A stretch of DNA of 64,000 nt from Eledone cirrhosa (taxonomy: Eukaryota): NCBI GenBank assembly GCA_964016885.1, contig OZ024745.1:17794001-17858000 (forward strand), in the 5' to 3' direction. Positions within the stretch are counted from its first letter, which is position 1; each line of letters begins with the position of its first letter. A model generated the notes under the pieces. That model saw only the letters and a program-made list of their open reading frames with translations. It was not told the origin of the DNA and made no database searches. A program made the position numbers and the translations under genes. Of the stretch, positions 59,049 through 64,000 are shown piece by piece.

Positions 59049-61039
59049 GAGAGTAGTTAGATATAAATATGTATACACATATTTATATCTCACTACATAT
59101 ATCTTAATACATACATATACGTATATGTGAGTGTGTTTTTGATAGTGTATTTGTAATTTTACCGCTATGAATGTGTGTCGAGTTGCGTTCGTTGAGACCA
59201 AAAGCCAAAATGGGGAATATAGCGCTTCGGTTAGTAAGTATTACTGCAATAAAATCTGGAGTGGATATATTTAACCAAATTATTATTGAATGCTCTTCAC
59301 CATATTGACGTCAGTATAATTTAAGAAACCAAGAAACCAGCAGCATAGTTAGAGTTTAGTCTAGTTACACAAATAAAAACTAAACAGTTACTGACTTATC
59401 TGGAGATCGATAGCCACAATACTTTTTTGAATGCTATTTTTAGCATGAATAGAATAATGCGTATAAAGTCCAAAACAACTGCTTGAGTGAGTATGAAATA
59501 TAATATCAATATTGCGAACTATAACAGTGTTAGAAAAAGATATAGTTAAAAGACAAAAAATGTTTAAATTTCTGTGAACGTGTGAGGAAGCATATGGCAC
59601 CTTTATATATCTGTGATAGATTAATTTATATGCGTGTTACAATAGATTGAATATAGTATAATACGGGGGATAGATTGATAGGCATAGAATGTGAGTCTTG
59701 TATATAAAGAGAAAACAATATAATTATCATAGCAAGAGAATTAAAAGCGTCCATGTCAAATGAGAATAATGATTAGTGCTATTATCAAAGAAATCTTAGA
59801 ATATAATGGAAAATAATAGTAAGGCTCTAGTTGGGATTCTCACTGCACAAAGAAAAATAAATTGCTTTTATTTTGCATATGAATAAGTATTTCAAGAATA
59901 TGTGTGAATATTAATCTGAATATAATGATGCGAATATACGTAATGGATTAAGTAAAAAAAAACAGAAAAACAAATAAGCAAACATGATAATAACATATCT
60001 AAAGGTGAGAAATAACTTTCAGAATGCTTCCGGCAAATAGAAATTATAAATAGTTTCCATGGAAAATCTGTAATGCCAGAATACACAATGTAGTAATTAA
60101 AAAAGGAGTAAAGTAAAAATAACAACATAGGTTGTTAAACATTCCATTAGATGAAATATTTTATCTGAAACATCAATAGGCTGTGGCATAGAATATTTGA
60201 ATGCAACATAAATTCATATCTTCCATTTACGCTTAGTGTACCTTGATATCATGTCGAAGAACAGGAAGAAATAATGAGGATTCTAAAATGTATTGTTATT
60301 TTTCTATGTTGAAAATCCTATTATGTCAAAGCTGAACAGAAATATAATAATTATAATTTCCAGTTGCACATTATCATTACTCGTATATGTGAATGCCATG
60401 CTGTGGAAGGATTTAGGAGTGACTATTCATTGAAATATATATATACTGCAATTGGTGTCTGAAACAATAGAACACTATACTAAATAATTTACAGTTTATA
60501 GTTGCATATCTGTTGTTTCCATGTTCAGATTCTATACGAAACATGTGTCAGGTATATTTTCCGGGCATCCAGTCTACCAAAGTCTGAAAATTTGTTTTGC
60601 CGGTGGCTAAAAGTTAGTAATATGGTTAATATATAATAACATTGTTATATAAAATCTATTTAGTTAAGACCATGTGTTTCTATATTTAGCTGCATCAAAA
60701 GGCTACGGGTATTTATATAAGAAGTCACACTTCTGATTGATAAGTGGTGGTTAATAAATGCCAACTCTGTATGAAATGTCGATTTCTTGTATGGTATTAG
60801 TTAGTTGGTCCTTATCCCGAGGGAATAATATTGGCGAGATTCTAGTAGTGTTATTTTCCGATAGGAAGTCCATATGTCAACTGCAACAGTCAGCTGGGGC
60901 ATTTGTTTCGCCACTTCTTTTAAAAGGGTTGATGTTAATATTTAGTAGTAAATGTAGAAAATACACCATAATAATACTAATTATTTCTACAAATAGACAG
61001 ACGCTGCTGCATTTATCTGATTTTGTTTTATTATTTGCT

Positions 61040-61345
61040 AATAGTACTAATAGTAGATAAAATAAAGTACCAATAATGCACTGGGTAATTGCTGGCCTTG
61101 TGCCAAATGTAGAAACAATTATTTGCTAATAGTACTGGCGTTTTCTATTTCTATTAGTACTGGCGGTGGATTGGCAGTATCGGACGCCATTCTTTGACGC
61201 ATAGACTTACGCCCCGTGCCATTCTGAGTTCAAATCCCGACTTTGCCTTTCATCCTTAGGAGGTCGATAAAATAAAGTACCAGTAATACACTAGGTGATT
61301 GCTGGTCTTGTGCCAAAAGTAGAAATAATTATTTGCTAATAGTAC
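61040..61345 (+). mobile_element. tRNA-derived SINE with duplicated 3' segment
   Basis: ggcggtggattggcag..gagttcaaatccc..ctttcatcc..gtcgataaaataaagtaccagt. The 3' part is also at 61055-61135, and ttatttgctaatagtac occurs three times. Confidence 0.7.
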
Positions 61346-64000
61346 ATATGTAACTATATCAATATAAATAATATTTTATAGTCATATATGTAATATTTAC
61401 TGGTAGAATGCAGCACATATGTAGAATACTATATTCAGTTTAACTTGACTCAACTCCGCTTAATTTGTTGAAGGGAAATATGGATTGTATTATTCAAAAA
61501 TATTTTGTATGTATTTTCCTGGCGTATTTCATACCCAAACTAGCTCACAAATATTGCATAATGCACGCTACATCAAGTGATGCAAATGGCAACAAAATAT
61601 TTTTTAACGTAAAACGATCATTAAGAAAGAAACTATCAAAAATAAGATCAAGCTGCGACACTTAGTAGTGACGGAAAACATATATATGACAGAAATAGTT
61701 TTAAATAATGGATTTACATTGATGTATGTATAAAACTGTATGTGAGTTTAGTTTTGGGGGAGATATTTACAGAGTTTGACTGGACTCCTCTTCAGTACAT
61801 ATAAATACCAATCTTGGCCCCAAGATACAAATAATGGACCGAAATCCCCTCTCCGAATTCCACTTCTTCATGTTCAGATTTCCCACTGAATTCCCTGTTT
61901 ATTTATATATTGAAGCACCTAACCCCCTGGCTCTCCGATATTACTTACTCTACCTCAATGTTTCGTTTCATTACCTTCCTCTTTTGCATTCATATTCTAC
62001 CCAGAACAGCACAATTAAGCTATTCTTCATACTGTCTATAGATACGTATCGCACAACACTCACTCCGCCGCCACTCGGTCTCAAATCATTCGATTCAGCA
62101 CCTGTAGTATACATACTAAATTATACATAATTATTGTTCACTCTAAGACAAACGGTAATATGTCATACGTTCATTCTTGGCTGATATAAGGTATTCCGAC
62201 ATAATCTGATCTCTATATACCTTCTCGAAACACTGACTATAAGACCACATACCCTCATATTATATTTGTTGACACTATCTGATAGTTTTGCTACTGCCTA
62301 ATCATAAAACATAATAATATGCAACACCATATTTCAACCACTTGCACAAAATCAATGCATAAAGCTAGATGGAGATCCACGAGTTATACATTAATTTACT
62401 TGGCACAGATGTGTTTTTATCCTAACCTATCTACAAACGTTTAACAGCTGATCACACACATCCTCTAATGCATAATATTCTCGCATCAAACACACTGTAA
62501 ATACGCATAACTGTACACAGCACTGCAACCAGAAATGTAGTTACACAGCAGCAGTAGATGTTAAATCCTCCCAATAACAACATCACCTTGAAAGATAAGT
62601 TACGTCTGGGAAGCATCTGTCACATACTACAACTAATTTTAGACTGCGATTTGTAAATTAAAACATTACATCTCATACCATAGAGAACTGAATTACTATT
62701 GCCTTCAGAATTCAAGCCACGTTTTCTTGTCCCTTCCCGAACGAAAAATGCCTAACTTTGCCAAGATTTCCTACCCGCCACTGCTCAAACATAACGGCTC
62801 TCTTTGTAAGCTAAAGTCCTGCAAGCCAAGTTTTAGTATGTGTTGCCAGAAGTGCATCTATCACTACATTGCAAACACTCGGTAAACACCTCTCAATCCC
62901 ACTAAAGTTATCCAATCCTGGAGCACTACGGCAGTATAACATTCTTCTTCGCTCAATAATAAACTATACACAATTAATTTAAAATCCATTTCTAAAGTAT
63001 TAATATTCCTGAAATCTTTTTTTTCTTTTTATTTAATATTTGAGGATTATATTTGAAATTACGGTATGTACACTTGTGCATTTCAATATCATTTGTAGTA
63101 ATTTTTATTAGGCCCTTATAAAGTAATATTAAAATTGTGTTCCGTATATAGCATATTTTCAAACGTAATTATACTAGTAAAAAATAGAAACCATTCAAAA
63201 CCCCATTCAGAAAAGTTGCTCTTTACATTACCGGAAACAGACAGAAAGATAGTCCGATTTTTTTATATGTTTATATTTTACTCTGTACAGATCGAATTTT
63301 ACTGAATGATGATGAATCGATAATTTATTGAGGAGATAATTACACAATTCATTGTTAAGTTGCAAGTAATTGGCCTTTGACTATTGTATCATTAAGTGTA
63401 TTCAAATGTTCCAAAACGGTGTGTTATTTTTCCAGGAGAAGGAATATATTATTTCAATACCACTTTGGGAATAGTTATTAAGGAATTCAGTTGTAGCATA
63501 ATACAACATGCTCGTTGAACTATCATTAATTTTCTCTTATTCCTTTTTTAAACATGCCTTCAATTCATGTTTTACTGAAGTTAGAATGATGTTTCTCAGA
63601 AATATATTACTCATGAAATATTAAATGATTGTCGTATTTATAAATGGTTTCAAATTCACCTGGATTATACACACTATCTAAACAGTATACAGAGTGTATG
63701 AAAACATTTGATATCATTTGAGATATAAAAATCCCAGTAACTACCAATATATATTGAGAATTAGTGTTACAATATTGAGAAAGCCCGAGAAATAAATCGT
63801 ATGCTGCTCAACATGAAGTTGGCTCAGTCTCATTTTTCTAGAAATTGTAATTTCTGGGATATTTACAAATCATTAATTAATCTATTTTTTATTCTTATGA
63901 TTGGGAAGATAAAAGATTAATATATATTCCATTGCACGATGGTGGTGTGGTGTTTAGAACGGATTACCTTCTGTCTCTAGTAGTGCGAAGCCCTCTTTGT

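Noticed and set aside
58200-63000. Faint old LINE-like remnants
   Set aside because: No recognisable motif that I can support by eye.

Overview
AT-rich, microsatellite-laden eukaryotic (animal) genomic DNA. The (TA)n/(CA)n/(GA)n load and the tRNA-derived SINE type resemble octopus/cephalopod sequence (inference). Almost all short ORFs in the track are microsatellite or antisense artefacts. The window is dominated by retroelements: many Penelope-like element (PLE) fragments inserted in (TA)n, often as long fold-back/inverted structures; two large copies and a stub of an R4/Dong-type RLE LINE; two Tx1/L1-type LINE pieces; RTE remnants; and SINEs. The main signal is a dense set of type I hammerhead ribozyme motifs that the ORF track does not show. 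Ten have a canonical CUGANGA-stemII-GAAA-palindromic stemIII-NUH core, and about six are variant or decayed, from several unrelated PLE families. Several occur as outward-facing inverted pairs, with family-specific palindromic stem III hexamers, a shared C-C mismatch in stem II and an AATAAA right after the cleavage site. A tentative phase-consistent five-exon host gene (about 204 aa, unidentified) runs on the minus strand from 42794 to 10178 and would carry several of these ribozymes in sense within its introns. All coordinates were read by eye, and element boundaries are approximate.
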